A stretch of 64,000 nucleotides of DNA, taken from positions 31,468 to 95,467 of the forward strand of contig CAYUDX010000005.1 in the NCBI GenBank assembly GCA_964443355.1. The letters run 5' to 3'. The notes beneath the pieces are model-generated. The model saw only the letters and a list, made by a program, of their open reading frames with translations. It was not told the origin of the DNA and ran no database searches. Of this stretch, positions 29,380 to 39,545 are shown in pieces. The position numbers were made by a program, and so were the translations under genes. The first letter of the stretch is position 1. Every line of letters begins with the position of its first letter. The stretch comes from an uncultured Spirochaetia bacterium (lineage in GTDB: Bacteria; Oederibacteriota; PGYV01; Palsa-1178).

Positions 29380-30525
29380 TTAACTTACGGTCTTCCTGAA
29401 GGCCTTTATGGCCAGGGTAAAAATTATTATGCCATAAAAAAATAAAGCCGCGGATTCGGGCAGCAGTTCCATGAACCCCAGCCCCTTCAAAAATATCCCC
29501 CTGATTATGACCATGTAATACCTCATCGGTATCACGTAGGTCAGCCACTGCAAGACAACCGGCATGTTCTTTATCGGGAAAAGGAAACCCGAAAGGAGGA
29601 TGTTGGGCATCATTATGAATATTGAGGAGAACATGGCCTGCTGCTGCGTCGCCGAAATGGTGGAAATGAATATGCCCAACCCCAAGTTCACCATTATCAT
29701 GAGAAATGAAAGGACCATCAGAAGCAGGAAGCTTCCTTCGAACGGGGTTTTGAAAATAAGTCCACACACAACTACGACCAGGATTATATCCAGCAAACCC
29801 AGGAGTATATATGGTATCACCTTGCCCGTGATTATCTGGAGCGGCGTAATGGGCGTGACCACCATCTGCTCTATGTTCCCGGATTCTTTTTCCCTCACTA
29901 TTGAAAGGGACATTATGATAAGGGTAACTATCGTCAGTATCAGCCCGATGACGCCCGGCACCATAACATTTGCGCTGGCAAGCTCGGGGTTGTACCAGAC
30001 CCTTTCTTCCATGGCAAGCGACGGTATCGGCCCTACCACGGCGCTCATGCCCTCCAACTTGTCCGCGAATATCTGCTTTGAGAATGCCATTATGATAAGC
30101 TGCGCCCTCGACATGGTCTGCGTTGCGCTGTTGGAGTCGGTTCCGTCGCCGATTATCTGGACCTGCACGGTCTCGCCTTTTTTTAGCTTTTCCTCGAAAT
30201 TCCAAGGTATCCTGATGCACACCCTGGCTTTGTTGCTTCCAAGCTCCCCCTGGATGGTCTGCGGGTCGCGAGTGAAATTCACTATGTCGAAATACTCGCT
30301 GTTCAGGAATTTATCTGCAAGGGCGCGGCTACTGGCCGAGGAGTCCTCGTCGCATATCATTGTGGGCACGTGCGTTATATCGGTGGTGGCCACATATCCG
30401 AAAACTATGGCCTGCAATATGGGCGCTATTATCAAAAATATGATGAGCTTCGACCTTCTCATCTCTATGAATTCCTTTTTCATCATATGCCTGACCGGCA
30501 CAAAAAATTCCTTCAGCTCGCCCAT
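29380..30525 (-). CDS. ABC-2 family permease (YbhR/YhhJ-like)
   Basis: 381 aa. N-terminal TM, large periplasmic loop, C-terminal 5-TM ABC-2 core. Paired with a second permease and two ATPases. Confidence 0.8.
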   Translation of the reverse strand: MGELKEFFVPVRHMMKKEFIEMRRSKLIIFLIIAPILQAIVFGYVATTDITHVPTMICDEDSSASSRALADKFLNSEYFDIVNFTRDPQTIQGELGSNKARVCIRIPWNFEEKLKKGETVQVQIIGDGTDSNSATQTMSRAQLIIMAFSKQIFADKLEGMSAVVGPIPSLAMEERVWYNPELASANVMVPGVIGLILTIVTLIIMSLSIVREKESGNIEQMVVTPITPLQIITGKVIPYILLGLLDIILVVVVCGLIFKTPFEGSFLLLMVLSFLMIMVNLGLGIFISTISATQQQAMFSSIFIMMPNILLSGFLFPIKNMPVVLQWLTYVIPMRYYMVIIRGIFLKGLGFMELLPESAALFFYGIIIFTLAIKAFRKTVS

Positions 30526-30538
30526 TTATATTCCTTCC

Positions 30539-31705
30539 CTAATCCAGTGTTTTTTTGAAGCTTTTCGCGGATGCGGCTATGAAGATCGTGCCGAATATAA
30601 GCAGGAATATCCCCTCGCCCCAGATGGTAAAAAATCCCGTACCCGCCTTTAAAAATATCGTCCTTAAGGCCACGATATAATATTTCGCCGGCACAAGATA
30701 TGTCAGGGCCTGGATTATGCCCGGCATCGATGCTATCGGGAATACAAAACCGGAGAGAAGTATCGAAGGCAGCAATGTCCCCAGCGCGGTGCCCATAACG
30801 GCCACCTGCTGATTTTCGGAAACCGCGGAAATTATCAGCCCGAGCCCGAGCGCGCAGAAAAGGAACAATATGGTGTAAACCGACAGCACGAGAATATTTC
30901 CCTTGAACGGCACATGGAACCACAATATCCCCACCGATACGATCAGTGTCACGTCTATGAGGCAGAGTATTATGTAGGGCACGATCTTTCCGATCATTAA
31001 CTCAAGGGGTTTTAAGGGTGTGGCCACAAGCTGTTCGTAAGTATTGTGCTCCTTTTCCCTGACTATGGTAAGCGACGTCAAAAGTGCGGATATAAGCATC
31101 ATTATTATGGCCGCGAGCCCCGGCACTATGTAGTTCGTGGATTTAAGCTCGGGATTATACCAGACCCTTGGCACCGGTTCTATCATGGGTATGGCTTTTG
31201 TGTCGAAGCCGCGGGAGCGGACGGTCTCAAGCATGATGCCCGCGGATATCTGGGCTATTATCGCCTGGCTGTAACCGATGCCGATGGATACGGTGTTGGA
31301 ATCCGAGCCGTCGCCTATGACCTGCAGTTTGACTTCCCTGCTTTTTTTGATATCCGAGTATAAATTGCGCGGTATGACGAGTATCATTTTTATGCCGTTC
31401 ATTCGCAGCGCCTGGACGCATTTCGCCATGCTGTTCTCACATCCCCTGTCGATCTCAAAATATCCGCTGGCCGCAAATTTTTCAGTTATCTGCCTTGAAA
31501 TTGACGAGTGGTCGTAATCAACCACGCCCAGGTCTATCCTGGTTATGTCGAAGGTGACTGCATAAGCGTAAAGCACAAGCAGTATCACCGGCGCCAGCAG
31601 CGCTATCACAAGCGAACGTGTGTCGCGCACAATGTGCAGGAACTCCTTTTTCATCACCGGAATTATCCTTCGGGCATCCAGCCTGCCTGTATCCCTGCTC
31701 TCCAA
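30539..31705 (-). CDS. ABC-2 family permease (YbhS-like)
   Basis: 388 aa, same architecture as its neighbour. Confidence 0.8.
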   Translation of the reverse strand: MESRDTGRLDARRIIPVMKKEFLHIVRDTRSLVIALLAPVILLVLYAYAVTFDITRIDLGVVDYDHSSISRQITEKFAASGYFEIDRGCENSMAKCVQALRMNGIKMILVIPRNLYSDIKKSREVKLQVIGDGSDSNTVSIGIGYSQAIIAQISAGIMLETVRSRGFDTKAIPMIEPVPRVWYNPELKSTNYIVPGLAAIIMMLISALLTSLTIVREKEHNTYEQLVATPLKPLELMIGKIVPYIILCLIDVTLIVSVGILWFHVPFKGNILVLSVYTILFLFCALGLGLIISAVSENQQVAVMGTALGTLLPSILLSGFVFPIASMPGIIQALTYLVPAKYYIVALRTIFLKAGTGFFTIWGEGIFLLIFGTIFIAASAKSFKKTLD

Positions 31706-31718
31706 AGTCGCTCTCCTT

Positions 31719-32666
31719 TCAGGCCGTCCTGGCCTCGTACCTTTTTACCAGGTTCACAAATACGTCGTCCATGGTCGGTTCAACTTCCTCGGGCCGGGTA
31801 AAACCGATCGAGTTTTCCCGGAGAATTTTTTCCATCAGCTCCCTGGCCCCGGCAATCCCCGGTCCGGTTACAAGGTGGATTAGCGAGCCGTGGATGGATA
31901 CCCCGCCCTTAAGGCCTGCGGCGTTATTTAGCGCCTCGTATGCTTTTACCGGCGAATCGGTCTGAACTTCTAAAATGGGGCTTTCAAAGGCGGATTTTTT
32001 TATTTCGGGAATGGTCCCTTCCTTTATTATGCGGCCGCTGTGCATCAGGGCTATCCTGTTGCAGTGCTCCACTTCGTCCATGTAATGGGTCGTAACAAAG
32101 ACCGTCGTGCCTTTGTCCGAAAGGAAGCCTATTATTTCCCAGAACCTGCGCCTGAGCAGCGGGTCGACGCCCGCCGTGGGTTCGTCGAGAAAAACTATCT
32201 CCGGTCTGTGGGCTATGGCGCAGGCCAGGGATACGCGCTGTTTAAGGCCGCCGGGCATGTCGCCTACAATGTTGTCAATAGACTCCGTCAGCTCCACCTG
32301 TGCGCACACCTCCGGCACCCTTGCTTTTATAACCGCGTCCGATAATCCGTAAAGGCCCGCGTAAAATTCTATGTTGTCCCTGACTGTCAGGAGGGGATAA
32401 AGCGAAAATTTTTGCGACATGTATCCGAGCCTTTTTTTTACCTCGTCCGGCTCCTTTTTTATTGAGAACCCGGCGACGGTCGCATCCCCGCCGGTTGGCT
32501 CAAGCAACCCGCACAGCATCCTGATCGTTGTCGTTTTGCCCGCGCCGTTGGCCCCCAGGAAACCGTATATTTCCCCTTTTTCCACCTCAAATGAAATGGA
32601 ATCGACCGCGATAAAATCGCCGAATTTTTTCTGCAGGTCCCAGGCTTTGACCGAAATATTTTTCAT
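31719..32666 (-). CDS. ABC transporter ATP-binding protein
   Basis: Walker A GANGAGKTT, signature MPGGLKQR, Walker B VFLDEPT. Confidence 0.9.
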   Translation of the reverse strand: MKNISVKAWDLQKKFGDFIAVDSISFEVEKGEIYGFLGANGAGKTTTIRMLCGLLEPTGGDATVAGFSIKKEPDEVKKRLGYMSQKFSLYPLLTVRDNIEFYAGLYGLSDAVIKARVPEVCAQVELTESIDNIVGDMPGGLKQRVSLACAIAHRPEIVFLDEPTAGVDPLLRRRFWEIIGFLSDKGTTVFVTTHYMDEVEHCNRIALMHSGRIIKEGTIPEIKKSAFESPILEVQTDSPVKAYEALNNAAGLKGGVSIHGSLIHLVTGPGIAGARELMEKILRENSIGFTRPEEVEPTMDDVFVNLVKRYEARTA

Positions 32667-32677
32667 TTAAACCCCTT

Positions 32678-33583
32678 TTATTGCCGCGTCTTTATGCGCT
32701 CCACGAAGACATCTTCCACGCTGGCGGCAATGACCTGCGTAAGCGAGTCAATACCCGCTTTTTTCATGAAATCCCCGGCTGCCGCCTCGTCTTCCACCAC
32801 TATATGGAACCGGCTTCCCAGCTGCTGCCAATCCTTGATATAAGAGCTTGAAGCTATTATTCCGGAAAAACTTTTTATATCCGCCGGGTGCGACTCAAGC
32901 ACCACGCCTTTGAACGCCCTCTTCATGTCCCTTGGCGAATCAAGGGCTATTATCCTGCCCCTGAATACGAGCCCTATCCTTGAGCATTGCTCGGCCTCGT
33001 CCATATACGGCGTCGTCACCACAATGGTCACCCCGTCGGCGTGTATCTGCTGGAGTATCTCCCAGAATTCCCTGCGTGAGACCGGATCTACGCCGGTGGT
33101 CGGCTCGTCCAGGAACAGTATCTCGGGCCTGTGGATAAGGGTGCATATGAGAGCGAGTTTTTGTTTCATGCCGCCCGAAAGGTTCCCGGCAAGCCTGTCC
33201 TTAAAAGGCGCAAGCCTGGTCATCTGCAGAAGGGGAAACAGCCGTTCCTGCAGCTCCTTTTTTTCGATCCTGTATATGTCGGCGAAGAACCTTATGTTTT
33301 CCTCGACCGTGAGATCAGTGTAAAGTGAGAATTTCTGGCACATGTACCCTATGTGTTCCTTGACCCCTTCCGCTTCTTCGGGCAGTCCTCTCCCGAGGAC
33401 CGTGACGCTGCCGCCTGTGGGTTTCATGATGCCGGAAAGAATGCGCATTGTCGTGGTTTTACCGCCGCCATCCGGACCTATGAGCCCGAATATTTCCCCG
33501 CGTTCCACGGAAAAATCAAGGCCGTCCAGGGCCGCCGTCTCTTTGAATTTTTTTTGGAGGTTGACCGCTTTTATTACTTCCAT
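32678..33583 (-). CDS. ABC transporter ATP-binding protein
   Basis: Walker A GPDGGGKTT, signature LSGGMKQK, Walker B LFLDEPT. Confidence 0.9.
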   Translation of the reverse strand: MEVIKAVNLQKKFKETAALDGLDFSVERGEIFGLIGPDGGGKTTTMRILSGIMKPTGGSVTVLGRGLPEEAEGVKEHIGYMCQKFSLYTDLTVEENIRFFADIYRIEKKELQERLFPLLQMTRLAPFKDRLAGNLSGGMKQKLALICTLIHRPEILFLDEPTTGVDPVSRREFWEILQQIHADGVTIVVTTPYMDEAEQCSRIGLVFRGRIIALDSPRDMKRAFKGVVLESHPADIKSFSGIIASSSYIKDWQQLGSRFHIVVEDEAAAGDFMKKAGIDSLTQVIAASVEDVFVERIKTRQ

Positions 33584-33592
33584 TTCATCCCC

Positions 33593-34393
33593 TTATATTT
33601 TTATGTCCACGTCCGCCGGAATGCCGGGTTTTAATATGCCCTCCGGGTTCGGAACCGTCACCTGCACTTCAAAAACTTCCTTTATCCTTTCGTCCTGCGT
33701 CTGGACGTTTTTCGGCGTGAACTCGGCCTCTCCCGAGATAAACGTTACCGTCCCCTCGAACTTCCTGCCTTTGTAGGCGTCGATCTCAACGTCCGCCTTC
33801 ATCCCGTATTTTATCATCGTCATCTGGGTCAGCGGCACGTAAATGGTGACCTTTGCCCTGGACAGGTCGCCTATTGTGAAAAGCGGCGATCCCGGGGATA
33901 CAAGCTCCCCGGCCTCGACGTGCTTTTTGAGTATCATCCCGCTCCAGGGCGCCTTCACCGTGGCCTCGTCGAACATGACCTGTGCCTGCTTTAACTGAGC
34001 CTCTGCCGAAACAAACGCGGCCTGGGCCGCGTCGAACTGCTGTTCCGATATTGCCTGCGTCTGGAATAGGTTTTTGGACCTTGTATAAATATCGCGGGCG
34101 TTGACAAAGACAGCCTCGGCCGCGTCTTTCTGGGCCGCGACTATGGAGTCGTCAAGCGTCGCCATTGTCTCGCCCTTCTTCACTTCCTGCCCCTCGTCTT
34201 TTTCAAGCGTGGTGACCCTGCTCGATATCCTGGGCGACACGTCCACCTCGGTTATTTCCACCGTGCCCGAAGCCTGGACGCCGGAAGAACCGCGGAATAG
34301 TTTCGGCCCCAGCCAGAAACCCAGTATCGCAAGAACTGCCACCGCAACGATCGCCGGCCTTAACTTCTTTAATTTTTCAATGTCCATTATCAA
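33593..34393 (-). CDS. HlyD-family membrane-fusion (periplasmic adaptor) protein, YbhG-like
   Basis: N-terminal TM anchor, coiled-coil region, beta-barrel/lipoyl-like C-terminus. First structural gene after tetR. Confidence 0.85.
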   Translation of the reverse strand: MIMDIEKLKKLRPAIVAVAVLAILGFWLGPKLFRGSSGVQASGTVEITEVDVSPRISSRVTTLEKDEGQEVKKGETMATLDDSIVAAQKDAAEAVFVNARDIYTRSKNLFQTQAISEQQFDAAQAAFVSAEAQLKQAQVMFDEATVKAPWSGMILKKHVEAGELVSPGSPLFTIGDLSRAKVTIYVPLTQMTMIKYGMKADVEIDAYKGRKFEGTVTFISGEAEFTPKNVQTQDERIKEVFEVQVTVPNPEGILKPGIPADVDIKI

Positions 34394-34406
34394 CCCTCCG
34401 CGCCTT

Positions 34407-35054
34407 TTATTTTTGTTCCCGTCTTATTCTTATACCGTTCATTATAAGGTCAAGGACGAACTTTTTTCTTCCCTTTATGAATTTTTCGGCAATGACTTTT
34501 TTAACCCCGAACACATCCACTATTTCGTTTAATATCTGCCCGGCTATAAATACGGGCAGCATCTGCGTTACAATGCTCATAAAAAGCTGGACCTTGTCCA
34601 CTTTTCTCACCTTTCCGGCGGATACCTGGTTGTCGAAATATTTGATAAAGCTCCTGATGCTGCTGTTATTCAGGATGTTTTTTGAAAGAAGCACTTTTTT
34701 AAGGACTTTCCCGCCGCGCATCGCTTCATAAATAACTATCTTAAAATAATCCGCGTAATCTGTAAAAATTTCTATATAAGCGTCCATTACGCTTCCTATC
34801 CTGTCCTCGATCTGCGGCTGTTCGGCCGGTATTTTCCCGAGCTTGTCGATTATCGCGTTTGCCACCGTATTAATGGCCTGTTCATACATGTTTTCCTTGT
34901 TCGCGTAATAATAATGCAGCATCGCCTTGTTTACTTTTGCCCTGTCCGCGATTGCCTGGGTCCTTGCGCCGTCAAAACCACACTTGATGAATTCCTCGAT
35001 GGCCGCCTTTAATATCCTCTCCTTTGTCTTTCCGTCGTCATGCTTTACAGCCAT
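34407..35054 (-). CDS. TetR/AcrR-family transcriptional regulator
   Basis: N-terminal HTH RILKAAIEEFIKCGFDGARTQAIADRAKVNKAMLHYYYANKE is a canonical TetR_N domain. Confidence 0.88.
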   Translation of the reverse strand: MAVKHDDGKTKERILKAAIEEFIKCGFDGARTQAIADRAKVNKAMLHYYYANKENMYEQAINTVANAIIDKLGKIPAEQPQIEDRIGSVMDAYIEIFTDYADYFKIVIYEAMRGGKVLKKVLLSKNILNNSSIRSFIKYFDNQVSAGKVRKVDKVQLFMSIVTQMLPVFIAGQILNEIVDVFGVKKVIAEKFIKGRKKFVLDLIMNGIRIRREQK

Positions 35055-35246
35055 GCATCCCCCTTCCTGAGCCAGATAGCCAGCGCCAACGACGCCGACC
35101 GCAGTGTTTTTTTGCCGCCGCGGGCCTGTTTGCCATCCTTCTTTTTTCTTTGTGCTTTTTTCTTTTTCATATTGCCCTTCTTTGCATATTGTCCGCGGGT
35201 TTTTAAACCGCTGTATTTTTAGGGCTTAATAAATCAACCTTTCGGT

Positions 35247-35262
35247 TTAACCATTTGGTTAA
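35247..35262. promoter_or_regulatory. Candidate TetR operator: inverted repeat TTAACCA-tt-TGGTTAA
   Basis: Perfect 7-bp half-sites 193 bp upstream of the tetR start, nested inside a larger inverted repeat AAACCG...CGGTTT (35205-35210 and 35243-35248). Confidence 0.35.
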
Positions 35263-35335
35263 ATATATCATAAGGAAATTTGTTTGTCAAGCTTCGGGTG
35301 TCGTCCGGCAAAAATAGTATATGGAAAAGGCGGGG

Positions 35336-36625
35336 TCAGCCCCCGAAAGAGAGGGCCTCCGTTATTATCTCGGAATATGAAGGGTGGACGTGTATGCAAT
35401 TTTTAAGGATACTGGTGGGTATCTTTGCCCCTATTATGACGGTAAGCTCGTTCATTATCTCCGTGAGTTCCTCTCCCACGGCGCTTGCCCCTATTATGGT
35501 GGAGGTACTCGTGTCTTCAATGAGCTTTATCAGGCCGGCGTCCCTGTCCTCGACAACGGCCTTGCCTATGGCCTTGAAAAAATACCTGTATATTTTGACC
35601 GGGATATTTTGCTCCGCCGCTTTTTCCTGGCTTTTTCCCACGCTGCCTATCTGCGGGGCCGAGAAGACAAGCCTTGGCACACTGGAATAATCGATGTTTC
35701 CCTGCGTGCCTTTTGCCATATGCTCCACGGCAGCAGACGCCTCCCGCGAGGCGGTATACGCGAGCATCGGCGTCGGGATGCAGTCCCCGGCCGCATAAAT
35801 GCCGGCCACATTTGTCGCCATATTGTTATCGGTCCTGATGAACCCTTTTTCATCGGTCAAAACCCCGGCGGCTTCCAGTCCGATCCTGCCTGTATTCGCC
35901 CGCCTGCCGGTGGCCTCGAATATCATGTCGTATTTTTCCCTGGTAACGCCCCCGCTCGTCTTTATCCCGACTTCCCTGTCGGTGCTTATGTCCTCTATTG
36001 AGGCTTCCTCAAAGAGCCTTATTTTTTTCTTCCTGAATTCCCTCGTTAATGTCCTTATCATCTCGGTGTCCTCGCCGAATAAAATGGACGGCATTGCCTC
36101 CACAACGTCCACGCTAACGCCGATGTTGTTCAAAAACGAGGCGTATTCGCACCCGATAACGCCGCCTCCAATTATAAGGGCCTTTTTCGGGGTGTCGTCA
36201 AGCTCGAATATTTTTTCGGGAGAGAATACCGAAGGATTGTTAAAAAAACGTTTTGGGGAGGAACCGACCGCTATAAGAAAATTCTTCGCCGTTATCCTGC
36301 GGCCGGAGACTTCTATCTCGTTGGGCGATACGAACCTTGCCTCGCCGTCGATCATTTCAACCCCGGCCGAGACCAGCCTTGACCGCAGCCCGGAGCGCAA
36401 AAAAGCCACCCTCTGCATCACATCGCCGCGTATCTCGTGGTAGTCGCCGCCCCCGGAGGAATAATGGAGCATGCCTTTCAGCGGGATGCATCCTTCGTTA
36501 AGGCAAACCCCGCCCGTCATGTCGGGATCGCGTTCTACTACGGCCGTCCTTAACTTGAATTTTACGGCCTCCAGCGCCGCCGTATAGCCCGCGGGCCCCG
36601 AACCTATCACAACAAGGTCGTACAT
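35336..36625 (-). CDS. lpd: Dihydrolipoyl dehydrogenase (E3, L-protein)
   Basis: FAD motif VVIGSGPAGY, redox-active disulfide GGVCLNEGCIPLK, NAD-binding GGGVIGCEYA. 429 aa, a short-form E3. Confidence 0.85.
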   Translation of the reverse strand: MYDLVVIGSGPAGYTAALEAVKFKLRTAVVERDPDMTGGVCLNEGCIPLKGMLHYSSGGGDYHEIRGDVMQRVAFLRSGLRSRLVSAGVEMIDGEARFVSPNEIEVSGRRITAKNFLIAVGSSPKRFFNNPSVFSPEKIFELDDTPKKALIIGGGVIGCEYASFLNNIGVSVDVVEAMPSILFGEDTEMIRTLTREFRKKKIRLFEEASIEDISTDREVGIKTSGGVTREKYDMIFEATGRRANTGRIGLEAAGVLTDEKGFIRTDNNMATNVAGIYAAGDCIPTPMLAYTASREASAAVEHMAKGTQGNIDYSSVPRLVFSAPQIGSVGKSQEKAAEQNIPVKIYRYFFKAIGKAVVEDRDAGLIKLIEDTSTSTIIGASAVGEELTEIMNELTVIIGAKIPTSILKNCIHVHPSYSEIITEALSFGG

Positions 36626-36665
36626 TCAAACCTCCGCGCTTTTATCAATGTGGGACACCCTGATA

Positions 36666-37637
36666 CTATTTTGAAAAAACATCCCTTATAAAACTTATTT
36701 CCCCGTCAGTCAGCTTCATGTCGGCCCCTTTTAAATTTACCTCCACCTGCGCCCTGTTCCTGAACCCCGGTATTACGCAACCGGTGATATCATAGCTTAA
36801 AATATACTGCAAAGCAACCCTGGAAAGGTCCTCCGTCCCGGCCCCGAATTTTTTCTTCAGGGCGTCGACTTTCGGCTCAAGTTTGGCTATCTCTTCAACG
36901 GTGAAACGCTGGTCGTTTTTCCTGTGGTCGCCCTCCTGGAATCTCGGCGGCGTCTTTGAGGAAAATTTTCCGAGCAGGAGTCCCTGGGCAAGAGGGGAAA
37001 ACGCCACAAAAGAAAGCCCCTCTTTTTTCATCATGTCCGCCACGGGTTTGCCGGGCCTTACGAACTGGTCGTCGGTTATATTGCCCCAGGATTGCAGGAC
37101 ATCCGGCTTTATCTTCGGGGTCAGCCTAATAAAATCCCCCTCTGAATACGCAGAAAGTCCCAGCCATCTTATCTTCCCTTCATCCTTTAGTTTGCGCATC
37201 ATGGCAACCGCTCCGTCGACGTAAATGTCGCCGGGCCCGAAATCCCCGTGATGAAAGTAATAAAGGTCTATATGGTCCCTCTTCAGGTTAATAAGCGACT
37301 GCTCGCACTGGTGCCTTATGTGCTGCGGCTCGTAAGCGTGCTCTGCCGTGCCTTTTACGTGGCCTATCTTGGTTGCTATTATCATCTGTTTGGACCGGAA
37401 CCCCAGCGCCTTTGCGAGCATCCTTTCGGCCTTGCCGTTGCCGTAAGTGTCGGCATTGTCAAAATGGTTTACCCCTTTTTCAATGCCGTAATTGATGGCA
37501 TCGATCGCCTCTTTCTCGTCGACGTCGGCCCATCCTGATGATTGCCCTTTGTCCCAGCTTACCCCGCCGAGCGTCCAGCACCCCAGCGATATCTCCGAAA
37601 CATTCAGGTCTGTTTTACCAAGTTTTCTGTATTTCAT
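36666..37637 (-). CDS. Aldo/keto reductase
   Basis: 323-aa AKR fold motifs (GCWTLGG, HFDNADTYGNGKAE, LGLSAYS). Confidence 0.85.
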   Translation of the reverse strand: MKYRKLGKTDLNVSEISLGCWTLGGVSWDKGQSSGWADVDEKEAIDAINYGIEKGVNHFDNADTYGNGKAERMLAKALGFRSKQMIIATKIGHVKGTAEHAYEPQHIRHQCEQSLINLKRDHIDLYYFHHGDFGPGDIYVDGAVAMMRKLKDEGKIRWLGLSAYSEGDFIRLTPKIKPDVLQSWGNITDDQFVRPGKPVADMMKKEGLSFVAFSPLAQGLLLGKFSSKTPPRFQEGDHRKNDQRFTVEEIAKLEPKVDALKKKFGAGTEDLSRVALQYILSYDITGCVIPGFRNRAQVEVNLKGADMKLTDGEISFIRDVFSK

Positions 37638-37655
37638 CTTTTTGCCTCCACTCCT

Positions 37656-38498
37656 TTACTTTTTTTGAAGATATTTGTCCGCCATATAGGAGCTCCTTAC
37701 CCAGACCCCGCTTTCAACGTGGCTGAACCCGGCCTCATAAGCTTTTGTTCCGTACCAATTGAACTTCTCCGGCGTGACGTATTCGGCAACAGGCGCGTGT
37801 TCCCTGTCGGGACTCAGGTATTGCCCGATGCTTAAATAATCGCATCCGGCCGCCCTCAGGTCCCCGAAGACTTCCAGTATCTCACCCTCTTTTTCGCCAA
37901 GCCCCAGGATCAGGGCCGATTTGGTGGCAAGCGAGCTGTTCTCCTTTTTTGCCCGGGAAAGGACCCCGAGGCTTCTTTTATAGTCGGCCCCTTTCCTGAC
38001 ATTATATAAAGTCGGGACCGTTTCCACATTATGCGCAAAAACTTCGGGCCCGGCTCCTGCCACAGCCGCTATGGCATCAGCGTCGCCCCCGAAATCCGGG
38101 ACAAGGACCTCTATGCTCACGGACGGATTTTCCAGCCTGATGACGTTTATTGCGTCCGCGAACGCCCCGGCGCCGCCGTCGGGCAAATCGTCGCGTGTGA
38201 CCGATGTTATTACAACGTAATTTAATTTGAGCCGTTGCACCGCTTCGGACAGGCTTTCCGCCTCGCCGGCTTCCGGCGGCAGGGGCTTTCCCTTTTTTAC
38301 ATTGCAAAACGAGCAATTTCTGGTGCATATGTCGCCGAGTATCAGGAACGCGGCGGTTCCCCTGGCGTAGCATTCGGATATGTTGGGACAACGCGCCTGG
38401 TGGCAAACCGTATGAAGGCCGAGGCCTGCCATGGCCGTTTCAGTGCCGTGCATCTTCTTGAAATCGATTTTTTTTATCGCATAAGCCGGTTTTTGCAT
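37656..38498 (-). CDS. lipA: Lipoyl synthase (radical SAM)
   Basis: CHQARCPNISEC auxiliary-cluster motif plus CSFCNV radical-SAM motif. 280 aa. Confidence 0.9.
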   Translation of the reverse strand: MQKPAYAIKKIDFKKMHGTETAMAGLGLHTVCHQARCPNISECYARGTAAFLILGDICTRNCSFCNVKKGKPLPPEAGEAESLSEAVQRLKLNYVVITSVTRDDLPDGGAGAFADAINVIRLENPSVSIEVLVPDFGGDADAIAAVAGAGPEVFAHNVETVPTLYNVRKGADYKRSLGVLSRAKKENSSLATKSALILGLGEKEGEILEVFGDLRAAGCDYLSIGQYLSPDREHAPVAEYVTPEKFNWYGTKAYEAGFSHVESGVWVRSSYMADKYLQKK

Positions 38499-38741
38499 GT
38501 TTTCCCTTTGTTTAACCCATTATATTGATGTCAATCAAGCCCTGAACAAAAAAACAGGCAGACAGTGATTTTTTTCGGCACAGTAGTCCCGTCACATTTA
38601 TATGTCAGTCAAGCCGCTGCAAAGCTTCATTACACTCTTTCCATATCGTTCTGCACAGCCTGAAGCCTGACGGATGGCCGGAAAAAAGCACTGCCTGCCT
38701 GTGCCCGGCCTTCAACCTGGCCACCAATGCTATAATATCAT

Positions 38742-39545
38742 TTATTTCATTTTTTTCAAATTCCAGTTGTTCAAAGCATAACGCGACGTCAATATCCCCA
38801 CCACTTCTTTTTTTTCTTCCATGCCGAGGGGTTCTTCCCTGAGGTCGGCATTGAACTCTTCTATGAAGGCTGCGGCGAGATTGGCGGCGGCTTCCGCGAC
38901 GTCCACTTTCCTGCCCAGCAACGCGTTCAAAAATGTATAATTGCCCGTGCCAGTATTTTCCCTCATGAAATCCGTGGCGCCGGCGTTTTCACAAAGAGGT
39001 ATCGACCCGTGCTGGAATATCGTCTTTTTTTTCCTCATCTGGGCGTTGCCGCCTATTTTTTTGGAACCAATGACGACGTCGTACTCCTCGTTGGCCGCAA
39101 AGCAGAACGGCGCCCTTTCCCCGAACTTCGCGCCGGGGTCAATGTCTTTCGCGTAAGCCGCTTTAAGTCCGAACTTTGAATACATCCTCATTATGAAGCC
39201 GTTGAGTATTTCAAATGACGCCTTCACCGATACCGGAGTTTCAGACAGGTCGTTTTCGGAACATACGATGGAGTAGGTAAGCTCGTTGCTGTGGTATATG
39301 GCGCCGCCGCCCGTAATCCGCCTCACTATTGGGAGATGTTTTTCAGCGCATTTTTCCAGGTTTATTTCATTTTGTGCGTCCTGGTTCCTTCCTATTGACA
39401 GTCCCGGCGGGCTCCAGTAATATAACCTCAATACCGGCCTGGAGTTCCTTTCATAACTTTCTATCATGAACTCGTCGATGGCCATGTTTTCATAGGGTGA
39501 AAAACCCGCCAGGGGTATAAGCCTTACCGACTTGTTTAAAAACAT
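38742..39545 (-). CDS. Lipoate-protein ligase or octanoyltransferase (BPL/LPL catalytic domain)
   Basis: 267 aa BPL_LplA_LipB family (…RRITGGGAIYHSNELTYSIV…KKIGGNAQMRKK…). LplA versus LipM class was not resolved. Confidence 0.75.
   Translation of the reverse strand: MFLNKSVRLIPLAGFSPYENMAIDEFMIESYERNSRPVLRLYYWSPPGLSIGRNQDAQNEINLEKCAEKHLPIVRRITGGGAIYHSNELTYSIVCSENDLSETPVSVKASFEILNGFIMRMYSKFGLKAAYAKDIDPGAKFGERAPFCFAANEEYDVVIGSKKIGGNAQMRKKKTIFQHGSIPLCENAGATDFMRENTGTGNYTFLNALLGRKVDVAEAAANLAAAFIEEFNADLREEPLGMEEKKEVVGILTSRYALNNWNLKKMK

Noticed and set aside
35024-35222. Short plus-strand ORFs (60 aa each) in the tetR upstream region
   Set aside because: They overlap the predicted operator/promoter region, are Cys/Phe/Leu-rich low-complexity, and are more parsimoniously non-coding.
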